Shown here in pieces: positions 1 through 9,738 of a stretch of 64,000 nucleotides of DNA. Origin of the DNA: an uncultured virus (IMG/VR IMGVR_UViG_3300020458_000003). Taxonomy: Duplodnaviria > Heunggongvirae > Uroviricota > Caudoviricetes. The translations under genes and the position numbers were made by a program. The DNA lies in IMG/VR virus record IMGVR_UViG_3300020458_000003; one strand, given 5' to 3'. Every line of letters starts with the position of its first letter. Position 1 is the stretch's first letter. The notes beneath the pieces were generated by a model. It was not told the DNA's origin. It saw nothing but the letters and a program-made list of their open reading frames with translations, and did no database searches.

Positions 1-350
1 ACGCCGCGAGTGTCGTCATTCCATCCAGCGAGATGCGTTATAGCTCCTTGCAAATCACCAAAATCTGTAGAATCCCCAGTTGAAGCTATTGTGATGTAAT
101 CTATAACATTTTGGTTTGCCAATGCGGCGGTTCTACCCCCCGCAGTCACCCCCCTAACATCACTTGCAAAGCCGGCTGGATAGCTTCGACCGACAGTTAA
201 GTCACCGAAATCAGCCGTGTTTCCCGTAGTTGAAATCTCAAGATACTGAATTCTATCTACCCCATTTCCGGTCGCTTCCCCTCCACCACTAGCAACTCCT
301 CGGTCTATACCTAAGCCACCGCTGCTACTGGGAGGTTTAATAATGATCAT
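1..350 (-). CDS. Virion-associated repeat protein (IDYITIASTG-x-DFGDL beta-propeller-like repeats), truncated by window edge
   Basis: Not in the ORF track. Hand translation from ATG at 350 gives MIIIKPP...RIQYLEISTTGNTADFGDLTVGR...VIDYITIASTGDSTDFGDL..., a repeat typical of aquatic phage structural proteins. Confidence 0.75.
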   Translation of the reverse strand, partial: MIIIKPPSSSGGLGIDRGVASGGGEATGNGVDRIQYLEISTTGNTADFGDLTVGRSYPAGFASDVRGVTAGGRTAALANQNVIDYITIASTGDSTDFGDLQGAITHLAGWNDDTRG

Positions 351-381
351 CCCGACAAAAAACGTCACGTCACACCTCGTT

Positions 382-1617
382 CTACGGCAAGCGGAAACCC
401 ATTGTGACCAACAGACCCTTAGCGGCTGTCGTTTGTACGGCGTCGACATCTATCCGCAGCATGTCATTCACAGCAACGTCATCGTTCGATGTATCGATAA
501 CTGCCGGTGTAGCCGCAGTGTCTGACCCACTCTCCGTAGAGTCGAGAGTGATCTTTGTAGAGAGCATGTCCGCGGTTTGCGTGACATTGTGAATCTGAAT
601 GTCCATCGTTCCGGTTGTCCCGGCTGTTATGGCTTCGGCGTGCACTTCCACGAGATTCATGCCAGCATATGCTGCTGGGACATGGACGTATGAAGCGCCG
701 TTTCCCGTCTCACAGTCAGTGCCAGCGTCAAACGCGAACATTTGGATGTAACGGATACCGGCCCCATCCCCGACCAGTCTAATATCGGAATCTGAAGAGA
801 TTGTCACATTTCCAGTTGTCGTTTGAATTGTTTGCGCTCCGGTAAACGTAATCCCTCCAGCCTGGGTTACGAGCCCGCCGTCGGTCACGTTCCATTTACT
901 GACGGCTCCGACCTGAAAGTCTGCAATCGTGTTTGTTCCTGGACTGGCAGTGTCGGTCATATTCATCAGCAGGCCGGTCGTGTTGCCGCTGGTCGCTTTA
1001 TTGACCGTATAGCTCAAGTCGTAGGCTATTTCATTCCCGGTTGCCGCCACCAGAGAATCGGCGCAGTGAATCAACGACGTCGGGGTCCCACCGGAACCGA
1101 GCCCCAAGCCGAGATTGCCATCCCTAATCAAGACAGCCTTTGAGGTCGCATCATTGAACGACCCGTAGATGATCAGGGAAGACGCAGCCGCGCCACCACC
1201 TTCCAGGGCTTTCGCTGACCCCACACGGAGATTGGTCCCGGTGATCACGGCGCCCGTGGACGTGCCGCCCAGTGTGATCGTGCCTGACCCCTTGGCGTCA
1301 AGTGTAATATCTTCGTTGGTGCCGCTGCTGATAGTCGCCAACGCAACTCCAGCAGCTGCAGCGGCGCCTGTGATGCTGATACCAGTGGCTGCCGAAGACG
1401 TATTAGTATCCACCGTGAGGCATGGGTTTGTCGCTCCGTTCGGACCGACAGTCAAGGCCGTGGCGCTGGCCAGGTTGATCGGAAACGCTGAGGTAGAACC
1501 CAGTGCCATAATTGAAGATAGCGCGACCTTCCCGCCTGTCCCACCACTGTCCTGGACAGCGATAAAATCGCCAAGATCGGCTGTATGTGTCGTTAGATCC
1601 TTGATGTCAGTTGGCAT
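382..1617 (-). CDS. Tail fibre-like or virion structural protein
   Basis: 411 aa, Gly/Thr/Ala-rich and beta-strand-like; C-terminal TADMLSTKITLD...NDMLRIDVD..AKGL segment resembles common phage fibre termini. Confidence 0.65.
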   Translation of the reverse strand: MPTDIKDLTTHTADLGDFIAVQDSGGTGGKVALSSIMALGSTSAFPINLASATALTVGPNGATNPCLTVDTNTSSAATGISITGAAAAAGVALATISSGTNEDITLDAKGSGTITLGGTSTGAVITGTNLRVGSAKALEGGGAAASSLIIYGSFNDATSKAVLIRDGNLGLGLGSGGTPTSLIHCADSLVAATGNEIAYDLSYTVNKATSGNTTGLLMNMTDTASPGTNTIADFQVGAVSKWNVTDGGLVTQAGGITFTGAQTIQTTTGNVTISSDSDIRLVGDGAGIRYIQMFAFDAGTDCETGNGASYVHVPAAYAGMNLVEVHAEAITAGTTGTMDIQIHNVTQTADMLSTKITLDSTESGSDTAATPAVIDTSNDDVAVNDMLRIDVDAVQTTAAKGLLVTMGFRLP

Positions 1618-1630
1618 AGCGAGTTCCTAG

Positions 1631-2161
1631 CTAGGCAAAAGCCGCCCCAAGGGCAAACGCCCCTGTATTGGACAGGTCCGTGGCAGCCACCGTGGGCGTT
1701 CCTGACACCTCGGCTATGCCATTCAGGTAGAACTTTGTATTTGCGGTCGAATTTCTGTCTACCGCCACTGCCGCCCCATAGAACGTACGAACAAGTAGAG
1801 ACGTCGCGCCAATTACCTCGACAACCGTCGCGCCTCCCGCCAGAGCGATAAAATGCAGTTTATCGCCCGAGGTGACCTCGTACAGCCAGTAGTTGTTTTT
1901 GTCCTGGTATTTCCCGGCGATCGCCTGCTGAATGCCGACCGCATCCAGGTACACAAACCCGTTAAGAAGAACGTCTCCGGTCCCGAGATCAAAAGCGGGG
2001 TCGTCCGCGAGAGAGAAATGCTCTTGATTGGCTCGGGTTAACTGCCTCGCCCCTCCTGACTTCAGTGTTGTGTCCCCGCGATTCCAGACAGTAATCCCTG
2101 CAATGTGCGATGGGAGTCCACCGGCAGCTGCAAATCCAGCCCCAGTTGTCGGTAGACTCAT
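1631..2161 (-). CDS. LamG/ConA-like domain virion protein (domain looks C-terminally short)
   Basis: DDPAFDLGTGD, AVAVDR...KFYLNG and NTGAFALG motifs; the usual final IDEV-type strands are absent. Confidence 0.6.
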   Translation of the reverse strand: MSLPTTGAGFAAAGGLPSHIAGITVWNRGDTTLKSGGARQLTRANQEHFSLADDPAFDLGTGDVLLNGFVYLDAVGIQQAIAGKYQDKNNYWLYEVTSGDKLHFIALAGGATVVEVIGATSLLVRTFYGAAVAVDRNSTANTKFYLNGIAEVSGTPTVAATDLSNTGAFALGAAFA

Positions 2162-2487
2162 TAGATCTGAACTTCCTGATATGTGATCGATCCACCAACC
2201 TGCACAGCGTCACCCAACAGCAAATGTAGCGCTTTCCCGGACGGCGTCTCTTGCCACCCGATACCGTTGAAAGGAAGAACAACCCCTCCATTCGCCGGCA
2301 AATCCATCGGTCCGATGAGGTTAGCCCCGTCCTCGTCTTCCAACGTGACAGTCACATCAGCGGCAGCAATCGCACAGAAAGCCAAAATCCGGATGCCTCG
2401 ACTGGCAACCAGAGCCACGATTGCATTTGACGCAGCAGTGTTTTCGTCAATATTCGCGTATTTAATTGGTCCTTGAGATAGCAACAT
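2161..2487 (-). CDS. Small structural-like hypothetical protein
   Basis: Probable start ATG at 2487 with GGAG about 10 nt upstream; jelly-roll-like sequence; stop overlaps the next start. Confidence 0.55.
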   Translation of the reverse strand: MLLSQGPIKYANIDENTAASNAIVALVASRGIRILAFCAIAAADVTVTLEDEDGANLIGPMDLPANGGVVLPFNGIGWQETPSGKALHLLLGDAVQVGGSITYQEVQI

Positions 2488-2631
2488 ATCCACAAACTCC
2501 TTACACGTAACGGGTTGCTGAGATTCTACTCCAGAACGTTCGATTATGTCGAGATGCACTTGATATGGCCGTCCAAAACGACTATCACTTAGTGATAAAC
2601 TCCACCCCTCTCCCATAGGACAAAAATTGCA

Positions 2632-3105
2632 ATGGCATCATTTAATCAAGTGATACTTTTGGGGAACGTCACGCGGGACATCGAACTAAAGTATCTACAG
2701 GGTGGAACTGCGGTCGCCGAGATGGGGCTCGCGGTAAACAGCAAGTACAAAAACAAGTCTGGCGAGTGGACGGATGATGTAGTATTCGTCGATATCACGT
2801 TATGGGGGCGGACCGCGGAGGTAGCGAGCGAACACCTAACGAAAGGCTCTTCAACGCTGATCCAGGGGAGGCTGAAGCTCGACAGATGGGAAAAAAATGG
2901 CCAAAAACACCAAAAACTCAAAGTTGTGGCAGAGCGGATGCAGCTACTGGGATCTAAGGATTCGAGTCAGCAGCAGACAATTCATTCAGCGTCCACCGAA
3001 AACCCGGAGGAAACAACAAGCCACAGTTCACTACCCGAGACAAGCCGTAGTGGCGTCGCACCGAGAGTCCCCGCCCGAGCTGCAGGCGAAGATTGTCCAT
3101 TCTAA
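2632..3105 (+). CDS. ssb: Single-stranded DNA-binding protein
   Basis: [21 protein letters not shown]...[12 protein letters not shown]...GRLKLDRWE, with acidic C-terminal EDCPF. Confidence 0.97.
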   Translation: MASFNQVILLGNVTRDIELKYLQGGTAVAEMGLAVNSKYKNKSGEWTDDVVFVDITLWGRTAEVASEHLTKGSSTLIQGRLKLDRWEKNGQKHQKLKVVAERMQLLGSKDSSQQQTIHSASTENPEETTSHSSLPETSRSGVAPRVPARAAGEDCPF

Positions 3106-3123
3106 TGAAACAGAAGGACGAGA

Positions 3124-3636
3124 ATGCCTCTGACACCGAGACAGCGCGACATGTACGAGAAGTTCTCGTTGGATAATCCGTACTGCTGGGCTTGTGGCAT
3201 AGAGCCCGACGGGGCCAGGAAACGTTCCAAGCCTCTCGAAGGTCGTGAACCGCTCACCTACTTCCGAAATCTCGAAAACGCCCACATCGTCGGTGGTTAC
3301 AGTCTAGTCCATGACGTGAGAGTCCTGGCGCGACTGTGTAAAATGTGCCACGACCTGTCTCACAGGCTTCAAATACCGCACCCCAAAACCAAACAGAGAT
3401 ACTTGCCTTTACTTCGCTGCGACCACCTTCTTTGGCTGAAATATCGCCACGAGGGTGCTCCTATCGACCGGCAATTCATCCGAGACATCCGAGTGTCTCG
3501 GGTGGTCCCTGCCATATACAAACCACCGACATGGTTTCGGAAAACCTATGAGATGCGACGAGGACCGTACCCAGAATCTAGCTGCGTGGATCCAGCAAAC
3601 AATCTAGCCCAAAACGCCACAAGGAAAAAACAATGA
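3124..3636 (+). CDS. HNH-like Zn-binding nuclease
   Basis: CWACG...AHIVGG...RLCKMCHD pattern. Confidence 0.6.
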   Translation: MPLTPRQRDMYEKFSLDNPYCWACGIEPDGARKRSKPLEGREPLTYFRNLENAHIVGGYSLVHDVRVLARLCKMCHDLSHRLQIPHPKTKQRYLPLLRCDHLLWLKYRHEGAPIDRQFIRDIRVSRVVPAIYKPPTWFRKTYEMRRGPYPESSCVDPANNLAQNATRKKQ

Positions 3637-4328
3637 TTCAACAAGACCTACCAATCCTCTACATGAAGCTCGTCAAGGATATCCGAGACATCTGGCAGTA
3701 TGATCCCGATCTACAGGGGCTGAATGCATTCATCGAGGATACAGTAGGACAAGCGAAAGGTCTGATGCACCTACGGGATTTACTGACAGCCGGTAGTAAT
3801 GAGGCATGCGAAGCAACAGTGACTTGCGAAACCGCTTATGCGATCGTTGAACAATCGGACACCCCCAAAGTACGGTTAGAACTCAAGGAAACAAACGGAC
3901 GTGCCCGGACAAACGATAAAACCAACCCGCCGACTGATATAAGGACCCTCGTGAAAGACGTCATTCGAAAGCAGGGATCGTTAACGGCTGTCGAAATCGC
4001 CAACGACATCATTAACCAAGGGACGGGCGTCTTACGCTCCACTGTCTTGTCTCTGGTCAGCAACATGAGAAAGCAAAAACAGATCTACAGGACCGACGAC
4101 CAAAGGCCCTACCGGTACGTACTCAAGACAGAGGAAAAATCCGACGTCACCATCATCTCCTTGGAAGAAAGGATTTACGACTTCTTGTCTAAGCACAGGA
4201 ATGCATCATCGGCAGACGATATCGCCTTCAAGCTTTCTGCTGACACACTCAAAGTGGCGAATGTTCTCACTAAGAGCGAATGGTTTAGCAATGTTGGCAA
4301 TAATAAGTTCGTGATAGCTCGCAAGTGA
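3633..4328 (+). CDS. Winged-helix DNA-binding protein (putative)
   Basis: LTAVEIA...RSTVLSLVSNMRK..IYR segment and a second HTH-like C-terminal segment; ATGA overlap with the upstream gene. Confidence 0.5.
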   Translation: MIQQDLPILYMKLVKDIRDIWQYDPDLQGLNAFIEDTVGQAKGLMHLRDLLTAGSNEACEATVTCETAYAIVEQSDTPKVRLELKETNGRARTNDKTNPPTDIRTLVKDVIRKQGSLTAVEIANDIINQGTGVLRSTVLSLVSNMRKQKQIYRTDDQRPYRYVLKTEEKSDVTIISLEERIYDFLSKHRNASSADDIAFKLSADTLKVANVLTKSEWFSNVGNNKFVIARK

Positions 4329-4356
4329 AATATCAACCAAAAGTAAGGATACAAAA

Positions 4357-4638
4357 ATGCCAACCATGACAAGTTGCGATGCGTGCCGAGAGCTTGTTAC
4401 AGCAGACAAATCACTGTCGTTCCGGTATCGAATTGTGGACAAACACCGATACCTAGAAGTGGTTACGGAATCGGATCAAATCACACACAGAGACAACGTC
4501 GCTAAGAAACAGGAGGAATGGATCGCAAGAGTGATTTGCCTTCCATGCTGTGCGGCTATTTCTGCTGCCTTTTGGGACTCGGTTCCTGGGAAAACGAGGA
4601 AATTTACCAATTTGTGCGCCACGGAGAAGACGGAGTGA
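4357..4638 (+). CDS. Small Cys-rich hypothetical protein
   Basis: CDAC...ICLPCC; AAGGA upstream. Confidence 0.5.
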   Translation: MPTMTSCDACRELVTADKSLSFRYRIVDKHRYLEVVTESDQITHRDNVAKKQEEWIARVICLPCCAAISAAFWDSVPGKTRKFTNLCATEKTE

Positions 4639-4642
4639 AAAA

Positions 4643-5239
4643 GTGATTGATAACTGGCGGTACGTTACGACCGGTTTTCTGCAGACTCAAGGCACCCCCA
4701 CGAGGCTGGTATCACTGTGGCAGGAGTTGCATGCGAAATACTCCGCTGCCGACTCGGTCGTCCGTCTCTGCTCGTGGAACAACAGCTGGAGCGATGAGGC
4801 TGAGTTTGTCTTCCGTTTGAGTCCCGGGGGCCGTCCGTCTGTCGTTCAGGTGTTCGCTTATTCGTGGGGCGCCGGATGGGGCGCTATGGAGTTTGCTCGA
4901 CAGCTGAGGATACGCGGGATCAACGTGAGCTTGATGGTCTTGGTAGACCCTGTTTACAGGCACACCTACCGTACTGGAAATTGGCGGTCGTACGTCCCGA
5001 ATATCATCGGACAGTGGCGAGTTTTGTCGTCTTGGTCCAAGATCGTAATCCCGGACAACGTTCGGGGTGATGTGCACTGGTTCCGTCAGCAGATCAGTTG
5101 GCCCGCAGGACACGATCTTGTGGCGGAAGACGCCCGTTGGACTCGGATCTATGATCCGATCACTCTCAAGGTCAATCACACGCACATGGACGACCAGAAG
5201 GTTGTGGTCGACAAGTGCATGGGAGTGGCGCACGCATGA
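4643..5239 (+). CDS. Alpha/beta-hydrolase fold protein
   Basis: Nucleophile elbow AYSWG, LVDPV and C-terminal HTHMD; GTG start after GGAG. Confidence 0.7.
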   Translation: MIDNWRYVTTGFLQTQGTPTRLVSLWQELHAKYSAADSVVRLCSWNNSWSDEAEFVFRLSPGGRPSVVQVFAYSWGAGWGAMEFARQLRIRGINVSLMVLVDPVYRHTYRTGNWRSYVPNIIGQWRVLSSWSKIVIPDNVRGDVHWFRQQISWPAGHDLVAEDARWTRIYDPITLKVNHTHMDDQKVVVDKCMGVAHA

Positions 5240-5477
5240 AATGTCCCGCGAGAAGCCGGATGCAGGCGTACCGGCCCCGGGCGGATCTCCTGACCTAAGG
5301 GAGTGGGGGGTTATTCCGATTGAGCCTGCCGTCAGGCGAGGATTGCCCTACAGTTCGATTCTGTCCGCGGGACCTGATGATGCGAGGTGGCAGCCGATGC
5401 TTGACGACTTTATCGGTTTCTGATAACACTTCTGAATGATTTAAACACTCGGCAATTTAACCATGGAGGGCTAAAGA

Positions 5478-5762
5478 ATGCGAAAATCATTACTTGCTGC
5501 TGTACTACTCGGGGTGGTGATCACTATCCCGATTGACGTATCAGCCGTGGGGCGGCGGCCTATCAGGGTGCGAGTGGTGATTGCTCGGCCAGTCCGGAAG
5601 GTCATAGTTCAGGAATCGCAGGCGGTCGTGCAAAGGGTAGTTTCGGTGCGCCCCGCTACGGCAGTTATTACCACAACGTTTCGCCGTGGATTCTTCGGGC
5701 GACTCCGGGCTATCCAGACCGTTACTCTCAAGGAAGCGGATGCAGCTCCGCCAGCTCAGTAA
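5478..5762 (+). CDS. Small secreted basic protein
   Basis: GGAGG RBS; N-terminal signal peptide; Arg/Val-rich. Confidence 0.6.
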   Translation: MRKSLLAAVLLGVVITIPIDVSAVGRRPIRVRVVIARPVRKVIVQESQAVVQRVVSVRPATAVITTTFRRGFFGRLRAIQTVTLKEADAAPPAQ

Positions 5763-7007
5763 ATGCTGATTCGTCGAGTCTTCTCTCTGCTGGCCCTTCT
5801 TTCCCTATCCATGAATATCGAAGTTCATGGGCAAGGAGGGGTTGGCCAGATACTGTCCGCCTCTGATTTGTCCCGAATTCGAGAACACCTTCCACAGCTG
5901 GATGACGAACGCCTAAACGACGTCCTCCATAGCCCTGAGGTCGTTTGGTACGACGACAGCATCGGAGTCTTGCACCAGGAGAGTCTAGGCCCCGGAACGG
6001 CCGGGTTTGTGAATTCTCAGTTCGTCAACAATGACCTCAACTCAGAGTTTCCCTGGACTCAGTTGAAGCCAGGCGGATTTCACAACTCACCAAACGTAAC
6101 GACCGTCAAAGGCTTCCATCTACCACGAGACAACGACCAGGGAGACCTGATCCCTATTGTCTGGTATAGATCTCCGATTGAAGGATTGATCAACCCGGAG
6201 CTGACCTTGCGAGGGTGGGATATATCAGCGCCAGAGGGTACGGTTTGGATCGAGGTTATCTTTGTCGACTTCGACCAGCAGCACCATGCATGCGAGGTTC
6301 GCTTTAGAATCCGAGAATCGGACCAATATGCCGTTGATCTGTATCGTCCATTCACTACCCCCGAGTCCCTCGCACAGGCTATTGTTGACCGGATGGCAGA
6401 CTGGCAGGATTCAGAGACGTTGGCCACACTCGTCAATCACCTGCTCGACCCGGACACCCCACAACTGAGACAACTAAGACACCGCGCGATGGGAAGCAAT
6501 GTCTTCCGAACGGTCGCCTTTCAGGCATTCGAACAGCAGGCTTATGTAGACGACCTGCCACCCGTAGGAAACAACAAGCTAGTTCGTCACCTGTTAGACG
6601 AAACCGTCTTTATCGACGCGCTAGGATCGACGTGGGGGCCGACCACACAGAGCGAGGCACACGTGATTCCGAAAAATGCAGATATCGCCTTTTTGGGCTC
6701 GGACAGAGTCGCATGCGCTCGGTGTCACGTGGACGCCCTGGCCAGTGCTCGGAGATGGGGGACACAATTTGATCTAGGGAATGGATCGGTGGCTACCCAG
6801 GAATTCGCAGGATGGGTCAGGGGATGGTCTGAGGGAATACTCAGTTTCCACCCACTGATGAATCAGCAGTTCGAAGATCGGTTTATTAGACAGCCGATCT
6901 TCCGGAAACAATGGATCGACGCCGGCATAATTGCCCCGTACGACCCACGAGTACACAGCAAAACACACACAAGGATTTATGGACCCCTAAACACGGGAAG
7001 GAACTAA
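5763..7007 (+). CDS. Secreted protein with one CxxCH (c-type haem-like) motif
   Basis: Signal peptide MLIRRVFSLLALLSLS; ACARCHV near the C-terminus. Confidence 0.6.
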   Translation: MLIRRVFSLLALLSLSMNIEVHGQGGVGQILSASDLSRIREHLPQLDDERLNDVLHSPEVVWYDDSIGVLHQESLGPGTAGFVNSQFVNNDLNSEFPWTQLKPGGFHNSPNVTTVKGFHLPRDNDQGDLIPIVWYRSPIEGLINPELTLRGWDISAPEGTVWIEVIFVDFDQQHHACEVRFRIRESDQYAVDLYRPFTTPESLAQAIVDRMADWQDSETLATLVNHLLDPDTPQLRQLRHRAMGSNVFRTVAFQAFEQQAYVDDLPPVGNNKLVRHLLDETVFIDALGSTWGPTTQSEAHVIPKNADIAFLGSDRVACARCHVDALASARRWGTQFDLGNGSVATQEFAGWVRGWSEGILSFHPLMNQQFEDRFIRQPIFRKQWIDAGIIAPYDPRVHSKTHTRIYGPLNTGRN

Positions 7008-7009
7008 AG

Positions 7010-7945
7010 ATGAAGATGTTCTGTTTTTTGATTGCATTAACGGCAGGCGTTAATGCGGCGCATGGGCAGTGTAATAGCGGAAGATGTAACGTACAAACTC
7101 GCTTCCAACTGCCGAACACGGCATTTCAATCAGCTCTCAATATCCCCAGCCTCAGCACATCCATTGAGAATCAACCGGACCGCCGCACGAAACCGCCGAA
7201 GCTATTGGCGTCTGCCTTCTTCGCGAGTACTGCCGCCGAGCAGAGAGTACGCGAGTCGTCGGTGTCTATTCAGTTGCCAAGTGGGCGACACGCCCTCTCA
7301 GGTCATATTATCGGACTCCGAAGCGACGATATTGCAACTATCTTGACAGCGGCCCACCAGTTACCAGATCAGCCGGTTATCCTCTACGCGACCGGCCAGC
7401 AAGCGCAGGGTACCGTTGTGGCCGTTAGTCGACAGTACGATGTAGCGGTTGTCATGGCGAGGTCTGGAAGGGGAGTGCAGGCACTTCCCATCAAAAAATA
7501 CCCATCGCAATACACTGGCGACCGTGTGGCACACGTTGGATTTGGGAAGGGCAACGAATACCGTGTTTCGGCCGGTGAAATCGTCGGACATGTCTCGATT
7601 GAACATGATGGACTGTCGGAGCCGAAATATTTGGCGTCATCCCGACGAGGTCTTAGTCTTAGGTATGACACGAAAAAAACACAATTAGCCATCACTGGTG
7701 ATATTCGGCCCGGAGATAGTGGGGGTGCAATCGTGAACCAACACGGGGAGCTTCTGGCCGCGGTCTGGGGTAATTCCGACCCCGAAGAATCGAGAGTGTA
7801 CGGCACCGACAACACGACACTGACAACGTTACTGGACCGCGCTAAGCAGGTTGCTGGGTTGACCTGGGATATGGCGGAAGATAGACGCCCCCAGCATACG
7901 GCAGCCAGTGACCCGTCTGCCGAATCGAATCCTCACCCTTTTTAG
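7010..7945 (+). CDS. Secreted trypsin-like (S1) serine protease
   Basis: Signal peptide from ATG 7010; catalytic motifs LTAAH, YDVAV and PGDSGG. Confidence 0.9.
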   Translation: MKMFCFLIALTAGVNAAHGQCNSGRCNVQTRFQLPNTAFQSALNIPSLSTSIENQPDRRTKPPKLLASAFFASTAAEQRVRESSVSIQLPSGRHALSGHIIGLRSDDIATILTAAHQLPDQPVILYATGQQAQGTVVAVSRQYDVAVVMARSGRGVQALPIKKYPSQYTGDRVAHVGFGKGNEYRVSAGEIVGHVSIEHDGLSEPKYLASSRRGLSLRYDTKKTQLAITGDIRPGDSGGAIVNQHGELLAAVWGNSDPEESRVYGTDNTTLTTLLDRAKQVAGLTWDMAEDRRPQHTAASDPSAESNPHPF

Positions 7946-8490
7946 GTGCCCTCGATCTCGACGATATTTCTCCGGAGAGGACGCCGGAGGTCGTGACCGA
8001 GGAAACGAAAGATGACGATCTGGTGGCACTAGGTCATGGACGACAACGCACGGTACTTCTGACGAATCCACAGATAGTGCGTGGCCCTGCTGGTCCTCCA
8101 GGCGCCCGTGGTGTTCAGGGGGAACCCGGGCTACCGGCAGACGAGGAATCTATTCTGCTGGCGCTATTCAAACACATTAAATCGGACCCGTCTTTCAGAG
8201 GATCTGACGGATTGCCCGGAGAACCGGGACCACAGGGGGTTTCCGGACCGGCTGGCCCTATCGGACCAGCAGGAGGGACCGCAGAGATTGAGTCTCTAGT
8301 TGCTCAGCTGGAGGGAATCAAGCAAAGGCTGCGGAATCTGGAGCATTACGACTACGAAATCCACCTAGTAGATGAACACGACCAGCCGACATATAAAAGA
8401 AACGGACAGGCCAACGTCGTGACTACTGGCCTGCATCGTCCGGGATACCTACGACAGCTCCCGCCGTCAAATTCAACAGGTACACAATAG
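7936..8490 (+). CDS. Collagen-repeat and coiled-coil domain, probably the -1 frameshift extension of the protease
   Basis: G-X-Y repeats (GPAGPPGARGVQGEPG, GLPGEPGPQGVSGPAGPIG); frame is open back to CCCTTTT at 7936-7942. Confidence 0.7.
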   Translation, partial: PFLGALDLDDISPERTPEVVTEETKDDDLVALGHGRQRTVLLTNPQIVRGPAGPPGARGVQGEPGLPADEESILLALFKHIKSDPSFRGSDGLPGEPGPQGVSGPAGPIGPAGGTAEIESLVAQLEGIKQRLRNLEHYDYEIHLVDEHDQPTYKRNGQANVVTTGLHRPGYLRQLPPSNSTGTQ

Positions 8491-8610
8491 CCAATGCCTA
8501 GGTCGTGGCCGTGGCCGACACCGGACACAGAGGGACGTACTGGAGAGATACCGGCAACAGGGGGAACCGGTGTATCTGACACATCACCCCCACCCACAGA
8601 GGAGTGTCAT

Positions 8611-8898
8611 ATGCCCATGCTAGAGGAAACGAAATCAATCCTAGAACAGTCTTTCGTGAATACTCATAAGCGGCTCGAACAGACCGCCGAGAGGTTCAAC
8701 GACGGTTCCGGATTCATCGCGCAGGAGAGTAAGCAGCAGTTCTTGCTGCAGAAGCAACTTATGACGGCTACCGCGCAAAATCTCATGGAAAAGGAAGGAC
8801 TCGCCGATACGCTCATGCAGCTGAAGACGGCCGGGACGTTCCCGAATAACCTTCCTAGTGGCGGTGGTGTTGTTCTGGCGCCGACGACTGGCGCCTGA
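8611..8898 (+). CDS. Small helical hypothetical protein
   Basis: GAGGAG RBS before ATG 8611; followed by a terminator. Confidence 0.65.
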   Translation: MPMLEETKSILEQSFVNTHKRLEQTAERFNDGSGFIAQESKQQFLLQKQLMTATAQNLMEKEGLADTLMQLKTAGTFPNNLPSGGGVVLAPTTGA

Positions 8899-8921
8899 GA
8901 TATTGGGGATGCAGTTCGGAG

Positions 8922-8963
8922 GCCGGGGCGATGGGGAAGGACTCCGTCGTCTCGGTTTTTTTT
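8922..8963 (+). terminator. Rho-independent terminator
   Basis: CCGGGGCGATGGGG / CTCCGTCGTCTCGG stem followed by T8. Confidence 0.8.
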
Positions 8964-8967
8964 CTAA

Positions 8968-9219
8968 ATGACACCACTGCAAAAACAAGTCGTTTCGCAG
9001 TTGGCTGTGAATGTTGCCAACGACCTATCCTGGGTACCAGACGAGAAGGACCGCCAGAAAGTATGCGATTGGTTCCATGAGAGAATCGTCTCCCTGGTGC
9101 CGACTCTCGAACCACAATACCGTGAACATCTCCTGCAGCAAAACCACGACACGGTGGCTGGAATTGTGCTGACGATTCAGGACAAGGGCGAATTTTCATT
9201 TCTCGACAACAAGAAGTAA
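8968..9219 (+). CDS. Hypothetical protein
   Basis: Compact 83-aa ORF, colinear with its neighbours. Confidence 0.55.
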   Translation: MTPLQKQVVSQLAVNVANDLSWVPDEKDRQKVCDWFHERIVSLVPTLEPQYREHLLQQNHDTVAGIVLTIQDKGEFSFLDNKK

Positions 9220-9225
9220 AGCCAG

Positions 9226-9738
9226 GTGATCATGTGGAACCCACTGACAGCTTCCCAGACGAATACCCCTGGATCCAATCCAGAATCTCATTCCGATCCG
9301 AACTCCACGCAGGGTTCGAAGGGATCGCTGCCGCGACAAAACGGCTTTTGGAATATCAAGAAAGACTTCGCCGACCTGGCAGTGATCCAGCAGCTCAAGG
9401 GGATGCAGACGGAGCTCAACAACGAAAGACGGGCAGTCTCAATGGGTGATCGACAACTGCGCGAACACTATCCGGATTCCTGGGAAAAACCCGAATATGA
9501 CTCGGACATGCAATATCACAGCCCAACAACAACGAATTACTACCAGCCACCGCCAGAGAAAAAAACAAACCTGTGGCCGTGGCTAGCGCTGATGGGACTA
9601 GGAGCCATGGGATCGTCTGCCTACTGGGATGCGAATCGGGACAAGGACCACCACATTAAACCACAGCCACAAGGAAACACGACGACGAACACCACAGAGG
9701 TGTGGAGGCTGGAAGCAGGAGAAGGACCAAATGAGTAA
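9226..9738 (+). CDS. Single-pass membrane hypothetical protein
   Basis: PPPEKK followed by hydrophobic LWPWLALMGLGAMG. Confidence 0.6.
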   Translation: MIMWNPLTASQTNTPGSNPESHSDPNSTQGSKGSLPRQNGFWNIKKDFADLAVIQQLKGMQTELNNERRAVSMGDRQLREHYPDSWEKPEYDSDMQYHSPTTTNYYQPPPEKKTNLWPWLALMGLGAMGSSAYWDANRDKDHHIKPQPQGNTTTNTTEVWRLEAGEGPNE

